DNA of 64,000 bases from Mustelus asterias (GCF_964213995.1 NW_027591321.1:1-64000), one strand, 5' to 3'. Numbered from the stretch's first letter, positions 1 to 12,742 are shown. Numbers and translations: made by a program. Notes: generated by a model from the letters alone, not told the origin.

Positions 1-131
1 CCCTACGCTGGAAAGCCAGATCCAGTGGCTCTCCAGAAAGTAATCCGAGGACTGAAGGAGGAACTCTCCGCGGTGAGATCGAAACAGGGCAAGGATTACC
101 GTGATACAGAGCTTAGGCGGCTGAGAACAGA
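1..131 (+). CDS. CCDC61: CCDC61 internal exon (cut by window edge): PYAGKPDPVALQKVIRGLKEEL...
   Basis: Frame 1 translation resembles human CCDC61 PYQGKPDPVVLQGIIRSLKEEL; donor GA|GTGAGT at 131/132, phase 2. Confidence 0.9.
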
Positions 132-389
132 GTGAGTCTCATTTTCCCCCCCACCCCCCCCAACCGCTTTCTGTCTTCATCCTTTCCATCCAGCCACCTC
201 CCAAATTTCAATTCGTAGAGTCAGACGGCGCAGAAAAGGCACATCGAGCCTGCACCGACAATATCTACCACTAAAGTTGCGTTAATCCCATTTTCCAGCA
301 CTTACGATATTTTCAAGTGCTTATCCAAATACTTTTGAAAGTTTCTAAGGTTTCCGACCTCCACTACCTTTCCAGGCAGCGCTTTTTTA

Positions 390-481
390 GGCGGGATTCT
401 GACTTAAAGACGTTCAGTCATAATCCCATGGATGGTAGCTTCACTCCATTGGCTCCTCAGCCAAGCACATATTCCAAATGT
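390..481 (-). rRNA. 28S rRNA 3'-region fragment (pseudogene) inside a CR1 copy
   Basis: GCGGGATTCTGACTTA..G.CGTTCAGTCATAATCCCA..GATGGTAGCTTC.C.CCATTGGCTCCTCAGCCAAGCACATA is the reverse complement of a conserved vertebrate LSU segment, with several substitutions. Confidence 0.88.
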
Positions 482-858
482 TCTCACCTCCCTCTGAGTG
501 AAAAAGGTTTTTCTCAAATCCCCTCTGAATCTCCTGCCCCTCACCCTAAAACTCTGCCCCCTCGTGATTGACCCCTCAACCGAGGGGAACAGCTACTCCC
601 TGTTCATTCTGTCCATATCCCTTCATAATCTTATACCCCTCAATCATGTCCCCCCCTCAGCCTTCTCTGCTCCAGAGAAAACAATCCCAGCCTATCCAGT
701 CTCTCCTTACAGCTCAAATGCTCCAACCCAGGCAACGTCCTGGTGAATCTCCTCTGTACCCCCTCTATTGCAATCACATCCTTCCTATAGTGAGGTGACC
801 AGAACTGCACACAGTGCTCCAGCTGTGGCCTAACCGACATTCTGTACAGCTCCAACAT
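482..858 (-). mobile_element. CR1 LINE fragment
   Basis: VRPQLEHCVQFWSPHYRKD...LGLFSLEQRRLRG. Confidence 0.85.
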
Positions 859-1249
859 TAACACTCGATATCACGACTGATTTCATCCCATCCCTGCCCA
901 TCTCTCAGCACTGGCACAATATAATTCGACCACAAGGCGTGCAGATTCTCCACTCCTTGAGTGATATTGTGACAGCGCACAGCCAGGGTGTAACTCAGGC
1001 TCGCATCTCTTGCCCATACTTGGAAGTTACAACACATTGCACAGCTAGCCTGTGTTGGCATTTACCGGATGAACCCCCCCCCCTCTCCTTTAACATTTTG
1101 TGCTTTCATCCTCTTACCAACAATATTATTAAATGTTGATCCTATATTTGGCCTCAATGCCCAACCCTAACAACTTGTCGTGTGTAAAAAAAGAAATTAT
1201 CTTAGAATCATAGAATCGCTACAGTGCAGAAGAGGCCATTCGGCCCATG

Positions 1250-1565
1250 TCAAGCTCGTAATGTGGCTCATGTATATTCTGTAGAAGCAACGTACATTCA
1301 TTCACAAGAGCCTTGGTTTCTGCAAACAAAAGGAACATGTTCAAGCGATGCACCTTTTTTTTGAATTACCGGGGAACTTGGGGAACCCATAGATCCCCGT
1401 TGCTTTCTCACGGGAATGCCTCGGTCCATCAGAGTTAATTCGCCAGCCAATCCGCTCCCTTTTCTCCCGTAGTCTAAATCGTTGTGATTGTTTGAAATCT
1501 GCCATTCTGGCGCTGGTCCTGATGAGTGCGAGGCGGAAAGCTTCGATGACGCGTCTCTCTTTTCG
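1250..1565 (+). mobile_element. Penelope-like 3' fragment, family B (ORF C-terminus + degenerate hammerhead)
   Basis: Frameshifted translation QARNVAH...VEATYIHSQEP..CKQKEHVQAMHLF resembles Penelope GIY-YIG C-termini; GTC-CTGATGA-GT..-GGAA-AGCT-TC at 1516-1544; homologous to 57374-57668. Confidence 0.65.
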
Positions 1566-1616
1566 GGAACGTGCGCGTGCAATCATTCCTCTGCATCCCC
1601 TCCCTCCCTCTCCCAG

Positions 1617-1833
1617 GTTTGAGAAGTTGATGCAGGAGAAACAGGAGCTGGAGATGATGATCCTGAAGCTCCAGGAGCAGATGAAACACTCCAGCACGGC
1701 CTCCGTCTCCAAGGAGGCGAAGATCCTGAAGAAGATCATCCAAAGCCTGGAGGAGGAGCTGATGAAGGAGAAAACGAAAAATCAGAGGGCAGCAAACAAA
1801 CGGAACCAGGATTACCGGCAGGTCTTGGACGAG
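1617..1833 (+). CDS. CCDC61: CCDC61 exon, coiled coil: FEKLMQEKQELE...QDYRQVLDE
   Basis: Polypyrimidine tract + CAG acceptor; GAG|GTGAGA donor; 217 nt keeps frame (phase 2 to 0). Confidence 0.9.
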
Positions 1834-3165
1834 GTGAGATTTCCGATGATTGAGCCGGGACAGCAGCACTTGTGTTGACTAGGGTGGCGAGCACTGCTTC
1901 CTCACAGCGCCAGGGACCCGGGTTCGATTCCCGGCCTTGAGTCACTGTCTGTGTGGAGTCTGCACGTTCTCCCCGTGTCTGCGTGGGTTTCCTCCGGGTG
2001 CTCCGGTTTCCTCCTCCTGTCCAAAAGACGTGCTGGTTAGGGTGCACTGGCCATGCTAAATTGTCCCGTAGTGTACCTGAACAGGCGCCGGAGTGTGGCG
2101 ACCAGGGGATTTTCACAGTCACTTCGTTGCAGTGTTAATGTAAGCCTACTTGTGAACAAAGAAAAGTACAGCACAGGAACAGGCCCTTCGGCCCTCCAAG
2201 CCCGTGCCGATCGTGATGCCCTAACTAAACTTAAAACCTTCTGCCCTTACTCAGTCCGTATCCCTCTATCCCCTCCCTATTCATGGACCCATCCAGATGC
2301 CTCTTAAATGTTGCTAATGTACCTGCTTCCACCACCTCCTCTGGCAGCGCGTCCCAGGCACCCACCACTCTCTGCGTGAAAAACTTCCCCCGCACATCTC
2401 CCTTAAACTTTCCCCCTCCCATCACCTTGAACCTGTGCCCCCAAATAATTGACACTTCCACCCTGGGAAAAACTCTCTGACTATCCACCCTGTCTATGCC
2501 TAATAAATAAACCTATTGCAGAGTCTGGTCTCTGTGGATCAATATTCACTGGAAATAAGCAATCCCGGCAGAAACTGGAGATTGAGATTTTCCACCTGTT
2601 AATTCCATTCACTGGAAGTGAGGAATCTTGCCCTGGAACTGAAACACTCTCACACACACACACACACACACCCCCCCCCCCCCCCCGCCCCCCTCCCCAC
2701 CCCGCACCCCACCCCGTAAGGTCATTTATGTAAAACACCGGTTCAGTCTCAACTGGAGTATTGTGTCCCAGTTTCAGCACCACCCCTTAGGAAGGATGTG
2801 AAGGTCTTGGAGAGAGTGCGGGAAAAATTCCCGAGATTGATTCCAGGGATGAGGAATGTCAGGTAGATTGATTGGAGAAGTTGGTTACTTTTCGAGAAGA
2901 GAAGGATCATAGAATCTCTACGATGCGGAAGAGGCCATTCAGCCCATCAAGTCTGCACCAACTCTCTGTCAGAGTATCTTACCCAGGCCGTATCCCCGTA
3001 ACCTCACTCATTTACCATGACTAATCCACCTCACCGTAACATCTTGGCTCACTAAGGGGCAATTTAGCATGGCTAATCCCTCTAACCTTCACTGGGAGGA
3101 AACCGGAGCACCTGGAGGAAACCCACGCAGACACGGGGAGAACATGCAGGCTCTATACAGACAGT

Positions 3166-4590
3166 GAGGCCACAGCTGGAATACTGTGTGCAGTATTGGT
3201 CCCTTTATTTGCGGAAGGATATATTGGCCTTGGAGGGAGTGCAGAGAAGGTTCACCAAGTTGATACCAGAGATGAGGGGTGTTGATTATAAGGAGAGACT
3301 GAGCAGATTGGGTTTGTATTCGTTGGAATTTAGAAGGCTGAGGGGGGATCTTATAGAGACCTATAAGATAATGAAGGGGCTGGATAGGGTAGAGGTGGAG
3401 AGATTCTTTCCACTTAGAAAGGAAACTAGAACTAGAGGGCACAGCCTCAAAATAAAGGGGGGTCAGTTTAGGACAGAGTTGAGGAGGAACGTCTTCTCTC
3501 AGAGAGTGGTGAATCTCTAGAATTCTCTGCCCACTGAAGTGGTGGAGGCTACCTCGTTGAATATGTTTAAATCACCGATAGATGGATTCCTGATCGGTAA
3601 GGGAATTAGGGATTGTTGTAGGGAAATATCCCTTTACCAGTGCAGAATAGAAGTTGGGTCGCAAATCAAGGTTCAAAGCGTGTCTTTATTGTACAATTGC
3701 TAGGATCCTAGGGAGATCCAACATAACCCGCTCCGTAACAGTGGGCTGGTCAGCTCGATCTCAATCAAATCACATCAGCGGTGTAGCTTTATAGAGTTTC
3801 AAATTCGAGCGGGAACATTTAATTTGAGCGGGAACATTGGCTATATGTGTGTTATTTTATGTATTAAAATGGTCTATCAGTTTAAAAAGTCCCCAGGAAG
3901 TTTTATCGATTAGCATTTGTATGGTGTGTGTTCGTGTTAATGGGATTACTTGGTCCTGCCCCGGTGTCTAAATGCGTTTCCCATTATCTTCTCTATGTGT
4001 CCTCTTATCTGAATTGATCTTATTGTTTCGTGTCTGTGTTTCCTGCTTGTGAGATTGAGTGTTAATGTCATCCTGTCCTGTTGGATGTCTGGAGTATTTC
4101 ATTCTAATCTTTTATTTTTATATCTTAGTTTATCAGATTTTTATGTCTGCCTTGGCCGAATTGGTAATATTTCAGTGATAGCTTGGTTTTGATAACCCAC
4201 TCTATGTCTCGTTTCGTAGGGATCTTGATCGTCCTTGGCCAGTTTAAAATGCAGCTGCGCGCTGTTGCTAGGCAGATTAGGGATCTTCCGTAGTCTTTGA
4301 AATTCGCGAGTCTCTCAGCTGTGCAGGGGGGGGACCCGATCGAATATCCATCCGGGGGTGCCCCTCTGCATTGTTGGCCCGTTATGAGTGGTGCCAATTA
4401 GTCCAATAAGTAAATATGTTTGATGATACAAAATATGGTTTTCTGGAAAATTTCCTCCTTCAGGGATTATAGGGATCAGGCGGGTGGGTGGAACTGATCC
4501 ACTTCAGATCAGCCACGATCTTATTGAATGGCGGGGCAGGCTCGAGGGGCTAGATGGCCTACTCCTGCTCCTATTTCTTATGTTCTTATG
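3166..4590 (+). mobile_element. CR1/HER1-type LINE 3' fragment (split by solo LTR)
   Basis: ORF2 C-terminus RPQLEYCVQYWS...LEFRRLRGDLIETYKI...TRGH; CR1 3' stem-loop and CTTATGTT-type tail. Confidence 0.9.
3614..4462 (-). mobile_element. Solo LTR (849 bp) inserted in a CR1 3' end
   Basis: TG...CA ends; 5-bp TSD GGGAT (3609-3613 and 4463-4467); CR1 sequence resumes across it; minus-strand TATAAA (3788-3793) then AATAAA (3685-3690). Confidence 0.85.
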
Positions 4591-6271
4591 ACCCGAGTCT
4601 GGGAATCAAACCTGGGTCCCTGGCGCTGTGAGGCAGCAGTGCTAACCACTGTGCCACCGTGCCGCCCTGGAGTCGATAGAAACTATTCCCAGGATTAAGA
4701 GCCAGAGGGCACTGATTTAAGACGACTTATTTTTAATTCGTTCACAGGACGTGGGTGTGGCTGGCTAGGCCAGCATTTTCATTGCTCACCTCTAATTGCC
4801 CTCGAGATGGTGGTGCTGTTTCACCACCTTGAGCCACTGCTTTATTCTACCTCTAACCCAAGCTGTGGCTGACCTGGAGGCAGAGAGATTGATAGACTGA
4901 CAGAATTTGTAGAATAGTTGTAACCACAGGAGGCCCTTCAGCCCATTCTGCCTGTTCGAGCTCTCTCAAAGAGCAATTCACCCAGTGTCACCACCCTGCC
5001 TTCACCCTGCAGCCCTCTTCGGCTAATGGTCCAGTTCCTTTCTTGAAAGCTACGATTGAATTTACCACCGCGCTCTCAGTCAGCGCATTCCAGAACCTAA
5101 CCACTCGCTACGCGGCCAAAGCTTTTCACGTCACCCTTGCTACTTTTGTGTTTGGGAACCCCACCACCTGGAGATTCCCCTCCAAGTCGCTCACCACCCT
5201 GCCTTGGAAATATATCGGCTGTTCCTGGAACTCCTTCCCTAACAGCACTATGGGTGTACCTACACCACAGGGACTGCAGCTGTTCAAGATGGCGGCTCAC
5301 CCACCACCTTCTTAAGGGGCAATTAGGGATGGGCAATAATTGCTGGCCAGTGACACCCACATCGTTTGAATGAATAAAACAAAAAGCCAGGTTTGTATCG
5401 TTCTGAAATCCCCACCTGTCGCTATCAAAGGAATCTGCTGTCCTTTTCCATTACCGTTCGACCCTGGATCTTTATTTTATTCATTCATGGGACATGGGCG
5501 TCACTGGCTGCGCCAGCATTTATTGCCCATCCCTAGTTGCCCTTGGAGGGCAGTTGAGAGTCAACCACATTGCTGTGGCTCTGGAGTCACATGTGGGCCA
5601 GACCGGGTAAGGATGGCAGATTTCCTTCCCTAAAGGACATGAGTGAACCAGATGGGTTTTTCTGACAATGGTTTCATGGTCATCAGTAGATTCTTGATTC
5701 CAGATATTTTTTATTGAATTCAAATTCCACCATCTGCTGTGGCGGGATTCGAACCCAGGTCCCCAGAACATTAGCTGAGTTTCTGGATTAATAGTCCTGT
5801 TGAAAGTTGTTATCGAATCTGCTTCCACTGCCCTTTCAGGCAGTGCCTCCCAACTCTGTAATTTTATTTTCCTCCGCATCTTCCCTCTGGTTCTTTCACT
5901 GATCACATTTAATCCTGTGCGTCCTAGTTTGTTTTAAGTTTATTTATTAACGTCACAAGTCGGCTTACATTAACACTGCAATGAAGTGACTGTGAAAATC
6001 CCACACTCCGGCGCCTGTTCGGGGACACTGAGGGAGAATTTAGCACGACCAATGGACCCTAACCAGCACGTCTTTCGGACTGTGGGAGGAAACCGGAGCA
6101 CCCGGAGGAAACCCACGCAGACACGGGGGAGAACGTGCAGACTCCGCACAGACAGTGACCCAAGCCGGGAATCGAACCCGGGTCCCTGGCACTGTGAGGC
6201 AGCAGTGCTCATCACTGTGCTACCGTGCCCCCCATAAAGACAGATTTCGACAATTTGCACTAGATTACTCT

Positions 6272-6360
6272 ACACAGCGACAGTACTCGAACCTGCAATC
6301 TTCTGATAGCATCACTAGAAACACCGAGGTCAGACGCCTTATCCATTAGGCCACGTGGTC
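6272..6360 (-). pseudogene. tRNA-Arg(TCG) pseudogene with a 16-nt intron at position 37/38 (intron 6308-6323)
   Basis: Minus strand GACCACGTGGCCTAATGGATAAGGCGTCTGACC-TCG-G[tgtttctagtgatgct]ATCAGAAGATTGCAGGTTCGAGT matches vertebrate tRNA-Arg-TCG; U33>C plus T-stem and acceptor-stem mismatches. Confidence 0.85.
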
Positions 6361-6528
6361 AACACAAGGGTTACTGACCCTGCTGCCAAAGTTTCTCCTT
6401 CCTTTTCTCTATCAAACCCCTTCCTGATTTTGAACATCTCTATCGAATCTCCTTTGCTGCTCAGTATTTCCACATAACTGATTTATTTCCTCCCCGACCC
6501 CCCCTCCGCCCTGGTTTTTATTCCTCAG

Positions 6529-6611
6529 CTGGAAGAGGTAAAGGCTTCTGAGCGGAAACTCAAGGTGCGAATGAAGAACCTGAACACGGAGCTGAGTTTG
6601 TACAAAAGAGG
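6529..6611 (+). CDS. CCDC61: CCDC61 exon: LEEVKASERKLKVRMKNLNTELSLYKRG
   Basis: Resembles human LEEAKASERSLRARLKTLTSELALYKRG; ttcctcag acceptor, GG|GTGAGT donor. Confidence 0.93.
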
Positions 6612-7564
6612 GTGAGTTGGTGACAGAATATTCAGATTATCCCCGCCCGCTGATCCCCCGCGTCTGCGCTGGAGTTAGCTGACCCCTGTCAAAGTGACGA
6701 TCCTCCAAACCCCTGGGCAAGGGGAGGGGAGAACACCAACCAGTGACCCTGTTGGCCATTGGGCGAGGGTTAGACTCTGCTTGACTGTAATGCTGCCATG
6801 AGACGCATAGCTTGTCGTGGTCATTGCCCAAGCCTGTTCATGTGGGCAGCACGTTAGCACTGCTGCGGCACAGTGGTTAGCACTGCTGCCTCACAGCGCC
6901 AGGGACCCAGGTTCGATTCCGGCCTTGGATGATGACTCTGTGTGGAGTTTGCACTTCCTCCCCTTGTCTCTGTGGGTTTCCTCCGGGTGCTCCGGTTTCC
7001 TCCCACACTACAAAGATGTGCAGGTTAGGTGGATTAGCCATGGGAAATGTGTGGAGTAACGGGGATAGGGCAGAGGAGAAGGACTGGATAAGATACTGTG
7101 TCGGAGAGTCGGTGTGGACTCAATGGGTCAAATGGCCGCCTTCTGCACTGTAGGGATTCTATGATGCAATATTTTTAATTTTATTTGTCCCTCGGACATG
7201 GGTGTCGCCGGCTGGCCAGCATTTATTGCCCATCCCTAGTTGCCCCTTGAGAAGGTGGTGGTGAGCTGCCTTCTTGAATCGCTGCAGTCCGTGTGGTGTA
7301 GGTACACCCACAGTGAGGTTAGGGAGGGAATTCCAGGATTTTGATCCAGCGATAGTGAAGGAATGGCCGATATATTTCCAAGTCAGGATGTTGAGTGGCT
7401 TGGAGGGGAACTTGCAGGTGGTGGCGTTCCCCATGTATCTGCTGCCCTTGTCCTTCTGGATGGTAGAGGTTGTGGGTTTGGAAGTTGCTGCCTAAGGAGC
7501 CTTGGTGAATTGCTATCTGTGAACTATATAATGCACTTCCAGCATCAGGAAAATGACTGAGCAA

Positions 7565-8102
7565 AGCACAAAAAACTTACAGCTCAAGAACGGGCCCTTC
7601 GGCCCTCTGCACCGACCATGCTGCCCCGACTGAACTAAAACTCCCTACCCTTCCGGGGACCATATCCCTCTATTCCCATCCTATTCATGTATTTGTCCAG
7701 AAGCCCCTTAAAAGTCACTATCGTATCTGCTTCCACTACCTCCCCCGGCAGCGAGCTCCAGGCACCCACCACCCTCTGTGTAAAAAAACTTACCTCGTAC
7801 ATCTCCTTTCAACCTTGCCCCTTAAACCTATACCCCCTAGTATATGACTCTTCCACCCTGGGAAAAAGCTTCTAACTATCCATTCTGTCCATGCACCTCA
7901 TAATCTTGTAGACTTCCATCAGGTCGCCCCCCCCCTCAACCTCCGTCGTTCCAGTGAGAACAAATCAAGTTTCTCCAACCTCTCCTCATAGCTAATGCCC
8001 TCCATACCAGGCAACATCCTGGTAAATCTTTTCTGTACCCTCTCCATAGCCTCCACATCCTTCTGGTAGTGTGGCGACCAGAATTGAACACTATATTCCA
8101 AG
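7565..8102 (-). mobile_element. CR1 LINE 3' fragment
   Basis: LEYSVQFWSPHYQKD...LFSLERRRLRG plus 3' UTR. Confidence 0.85.
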
Positions 8103-8381
8103 CGCGACTGCTTGGACCACTTAGTCAATGAAGCCAAAAGAGGACTAATTCAGCCAAGTCAGTTTGTCTTGTAAAGCACAATTCCACTCCATTTCTTACC
8201 TGTGACCTCCAGTGTGCTGTTCTGCATGTGAATGCTCCTTTAAAGCACCTCAGGATGTTTTGTTATTAGATCCCGATATTCCCACTGTTCACAGCTGCAC
8301 ACTTTAACAATATCCTGCCCCCTCTTTTTACCCCAGTGTCCCATGTCTTACCCATCTGATGTTCTGCTTTTTAATTTTCAG

Positions 8382-8659
8382 TCGCCTCACTCCAGTGGGA
8401 CCCTCTCCGCAGAACCGATCCAGTTTAAACCTCAGCTCTGGCCAGCGTCCTCAGACCAGGGCAGACTCGGACAGCAGAGTTCACGTGGACTCGCGGGAAA
8501 GGAGCAAGCAGTGGTCGGGGCCCCGGGAGAGGGAAAGGTCCACGTCCAGAGAGCGAAGCGGCCGCTGGTCGGCGTTCCGGGAGAGGGAGCGCTCGTCTTC
8601 CCGGGAGAGCCAGCAGGCAAATCGCTGCCGCGTCCCCAGACTCTCTCCCTCTCCAACAG
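8382..8659 (+). CDS. CCDC61: CCDC61 exon, R/S-rich: RLTPVGPSP...RERSSSRES...LSPSPT
   Basis: ttttcag acceptor, G|GTACAG donor; 278 nt keeps frame; SSSRES and SPSPT motifs as in human. Confidence 0.88.
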
Positions 8660-8799
8660 GTACAGTACATCCCGCGGGGGGATAACGCTTGCGCGTCAAG
8701 TGAGAATCATGAAATGGTGGTGGCCACAGTGGTTAGCGCTGCTGTCTCACAGCGCCAGGGACCCGGGTTCAATTCCGGCCACGGGTCACTGTCTGTGTG

Positions 8800-9250
8800 G
8801 AACAAAGAACAGCACAGCACGGAAACAGGCCCTTCGGCCCTCCAAGCCTGTGCCGATCATGATGCCTGCCTAAACTAAAACCGTATGGACTTAGAGTCCG
8901 TATCCTTCCATTCCCATCCTATTCATGTATTTGTCTAATTGCCCCTTAAATGCCGCTATCGTACCTGCTCCCACCACCTCCCCGGGCAGCGCCTTCCAGA
9001 CATTCACCACCCTCTGTGTAAAAAAACTTGCCTCGCACATCTCCTCTAAATCCTTCCCCACGCACCTTAAACCTTTGTCCCCGAGTACTTGACTTTTCTA
9101 CCCTGGGAAAGAGCATCTGGCTACCCACTCTGTCCATGCCACTCATAATCTTGTAAACCTCTATCAGGTCACCCCATAACCTCCGTCGTTCCAGGGAGAA
9201 CAAACCGAGTTTATCCAACCTCTCCTCATAGCTAATACCCACCAGACCAG
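8800..9250 (-). mobile_element. CR1 LINE 3' fragment inserted in a SINE
   Basis: SYEERLDKLGLFSLERRRL.GDLIEVYKI plus 3' tail. Confidence 0.85.
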
Positions 9251-9331
9251 GCTCTGACAATCCTCTTCACCGGAGTCTGCACGTTCTCTCCGTGTCTGCA
9301 TGGGTTTCCTCCGGGTGCTCTGGCTTCCTCG

Positions 9332-9468
9332 CACACCTGAAGAAGGGGCTTGGAGCTCCGAAAGCTTGTGTGGCTTTTGCTACCAAATAAACCTGTTGGA
9401 CTTTAACCTGGTGTTGTTAAACTTCTTACTGTGTTTACCCCCAGTCCAACGCCAGCATCTCCACATCA
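9332..9468 (+). mobile_element. Penelope-like terminus, family A, single arm with hammerhead motif, inside a SINE
   Basis: CAC-CTGAAGA-A-GGGGCT-tgg-AGCTCC-GAAA-GCT-T-GTG followed by the family tail ...CCCCAGTCCAACGCCAGCATCTCCACATC. Confidence 0.75.
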
Positions 9469-12177
9469 TTCCTCCCACACTCCAGAGATGCGCGGGTTAG
9501 GTGGATTGGCCATGCTAAATTGCCCCTTAGTCCCAAGATAAGTAGTTTAGGAGGATTGGCCATGCTAAATTGCCCCTTAGTCCCAAGATAAGTAGTTTAG
9601 GAGGATTGGCCATGCTAAATTGCCCCTTAGTCCCAAGATAAGTAGTTTAGGAGGATTGGCCATGCTAAATTGGCCCTTCGTGTCAGGGGAATTAGCAGAG
9701 TAAATGGGGTTATGGGGATAGAGGCTGAGTGGGATTGTGGTCGGTGCAGACCCGTTGGGCCAAATGGCCTCCTTCTGCACTGTAGGGATTCCATGATTCT
9801 GTGCAGCACAGGAGGAGGCCATTCTGCCCTTTGTCTGTGCTTGCTCTTGCAAAGAGCAATCCCGTTCATCACACTCTCCTGCTTGATCCCCGTGCCACTC
9901 TGACTCTTTCTCCTTCCAGTATTTATCCAGCTCCTTTTTGAACGTTAATATTGAATCTGTTTCCACCACCTATCAGGCTGTTGCTTCCAAACCCTCGCCA
10001 CTCTTTTTCAAATAAAAAAGACATTTGCGCTGGTTCTGATTTGCTGCCAGTCACTTTAAACCTCATTATTGACCCCACAGCCCTTGGGAACCACTTCCCT
10101 TACTTGGAGACATTTGAAATCATGAGCCTATCAAATCTGCTGTTCAGGGGAAAGCCCCAGTTTCTCCAGTCTGTCAGCATAACATCCTGCATCCATTCAC
10201 AGTCCTGTTTAATTGAGGGTTGTGTTAACAGCCTGCATATTCCCACTCTCTTTGGTGAAAGTGAGCATTTAAGGCAGGAATGCTATCATTTTAAAGTTAA
10301 AGTTCATTTATTAGTTACAAGTAGGCTTACATTAACACTGCAATGAAGTTACTGTGAAAATCCCCCAGTCGCCACACTCTGGCACCTGTTCAGGTACGCT
10401 GAGGGAGAATTTAGCACGGCCAACGCACCTAGTCTTTCAGACTGTGGGAGGAAACCGGAGCACCCGGAGGAAACCCACACAGATACGGGGAGAACATGCA
10501 AACTCCACACCAAATCCAAGCCGGGAATCGAACCCGGGTCCCTGTGAGGCAGCAGTACTAACTACCGTGCCGCCTATTATTTTAGGCAGTTCCCCCAAGG
10601 CCAGGTGTTTACAATGGGTCCAATGCAGTGAGAAATCTCCCTCTAATCTGGACCTGTCGATATGTTTCTGTCCTATTTCTGAACTGTGCCTTGGCGTACC
10701 AGTGTGGTGTTTCCAATCGCCACCCCGGGCATTTTGTGAAGACTCCAGTAAGGTTACCAGTTTTGTGTGGGTGGGGGTGTGCGTGCCTGTGTGTGTCTGT
10801 GAGTGCATGAGGGCAGTAACTCTCCTTTTGGGCCTCCGCAGATCTCTGAGGGTCCATAGAGACTTTCCAGCAAAACGGTTGAGTGACGGTCGGAAGTTGG
10901 CTTGTTGAGTGTTGGGATGTGGGAATGGGATGCAGTAGGGACGAGAGGAGCACTGAGAACAATGGGGAAATCGCTGGCTCGACCTACAGTTCGCAAGGCT
11001 GCGGGGAAATGCAGATTTGTTTAATTATTCTTTCATGGGATGTGGGCATCGCTGGGTGGGCCAGATTTATTACCCATCCCTAATTGAGTGTCTCATAGAA
11101 TCCCTACAGTGCACAAGGAGGCCATTCAGCCCATCGAGTCTGCACCGACCACAATCCCACCCAGGCCCTATCCCTGTAACCCCACACATTTACCCTGCTA
11201 GTCCCTCTAACATACACCACTAGGGGTGACACAGTGGTTTTAGCACTGCTGCCTCACAGCTCCAGGGTCCTGGGTTCGATTCCCGGCTTGAGTCACTGTC
11301 TGTGTGGAGTTTACACGTTCTCTCCGTGTCTGCGTGAGTTTCCTCCGGGTGCTCCGGTTTCCTCCCACATTCCGAAAGACGTGCGGGTTAGGGTGCATTG
11401 ACCCGATGAGGCGCCAGACTGTGGCGACTGGGGGAATTTCACAGTAACTTCATTGCAGTGTTAATCTAAGCCTTACTTGTGACTGATAAATAAACAAACT
11501 TAACTATAAACCCTGGGACATTAAGGGGTAATTTAGCATGGCCAATCAACCTAACCTGCACATCTTTGGAGGAAACCGGAGCACCCAGAGGAAACCCACG
11601 CAGACACTGGGAGAACGTGCAAACTGCGCATAGACAGTGACCCAAGCCGGGAATCGAACCCAGGACCCTGGCGCTGTGAGGCAGAAGTGCTAACTACTGT
11701 GCCGACTGTCTCGCTCGGCCATTTCAGAAGGCAGTTAAGAGTCAACCACATTGCTGTGGCTCTGGAGTCACGTGTAGGCCAAACCGGGTAAGGATGGCAG
11801 ATTTCCTTCTCTAAAGGACATTAGCGAACCAGATGGGTTTTACAACAATTGACAACGGTTTCACGGTCATGATTAAACTTCTAAGTTCCAGATTTTTATT
11901 GAATTCAGGTTTCATCATCTGCCCTGGCAGGATTTGAACCCAGATCTCGCTTTGGGTCTCTGGATTACTAGTCCAGTGACATCACGATGCCACTGCCTGT
12001 CCCTGCGGTATTACTATTTGTATTTAGATGGGGGGCGGGGAGGGGGAGCACTGCGGTAACTAATTGACCAAAAGGTCATAGAGTTTGAGAAGCCTTGCAT
12101 TAGGATGCTCAATGTTGTGCTTCAGGGGCAGGGTGTAGTCAAACTGTTCTCACTCTCTCGAGCTTTGTTCTCCTCAG

Positions 12178-12256
12178 GAACCCGACAACCCCGATTTGAC
12201 CCCACTGCGTACGTCCACAGCAAGGAACGGAAGCAGAAGGAGACGGAGCAGAAGAA
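12178..12256 (+). CDS. CCDC61: CCDC61 exon: TRQPRFDPTAYVHSKERKQKETEQK
   Basis: Conserved RFDPTA..K.KERKQ motif; ctcag acceptor, GTAAGT donor. Confidence 0.93.
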
Positions 12257-12742
12257 GTAAGTCATTGAAAGGGGAAGTCGATGAACAAAAATCCTGATTC
12301 ATTTAGTGATAGAGACTGAGGGGTGATCTCACCAAAAAAATTACAAGTGTGCAAGCCGGAGAGAATCGCGCCAGATTTTTTTGGGGGCGAGCTCCCAGTT
12401 GCAATCGTATGGCACTTAAGTTTTTTTTAAAAAGCCAGGATGTGATTCTCGCCAGTAGGGGGAGGGGCAGAGCCTATTCTCGCCAGTGAAGCAGGTTGCT
12501 GAGCTCTGTGGGGGGGGCCATTGCGCAGGTGTGCTGATCTCCCAGTGCACTGTGTATACTGGGAGATCTGTCCCCCACGCCCCACCCCATGGACATCTGG
12601 ACCCACCACCGATTGCTCCCACCCGCGTCCCCCAGACTCGAACCCACGGATTGAGAAGCCAGAACACTGAGCCATGGCTAAGGCCTATGCAGTATTTTTA
12701 AGATCATGCTCATGTTTCTATCTCTCCCTCTCTCTCTCTCAG

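Noticed and set aside
1736-2138. Recurrent short ORFs such as GFLRVLRFPPT and HCLCGVCTFSPCLRGFPPGAPVSSH
   Set aside because: Translations of HE1-type SINE copies found dozens of times, not a gene family
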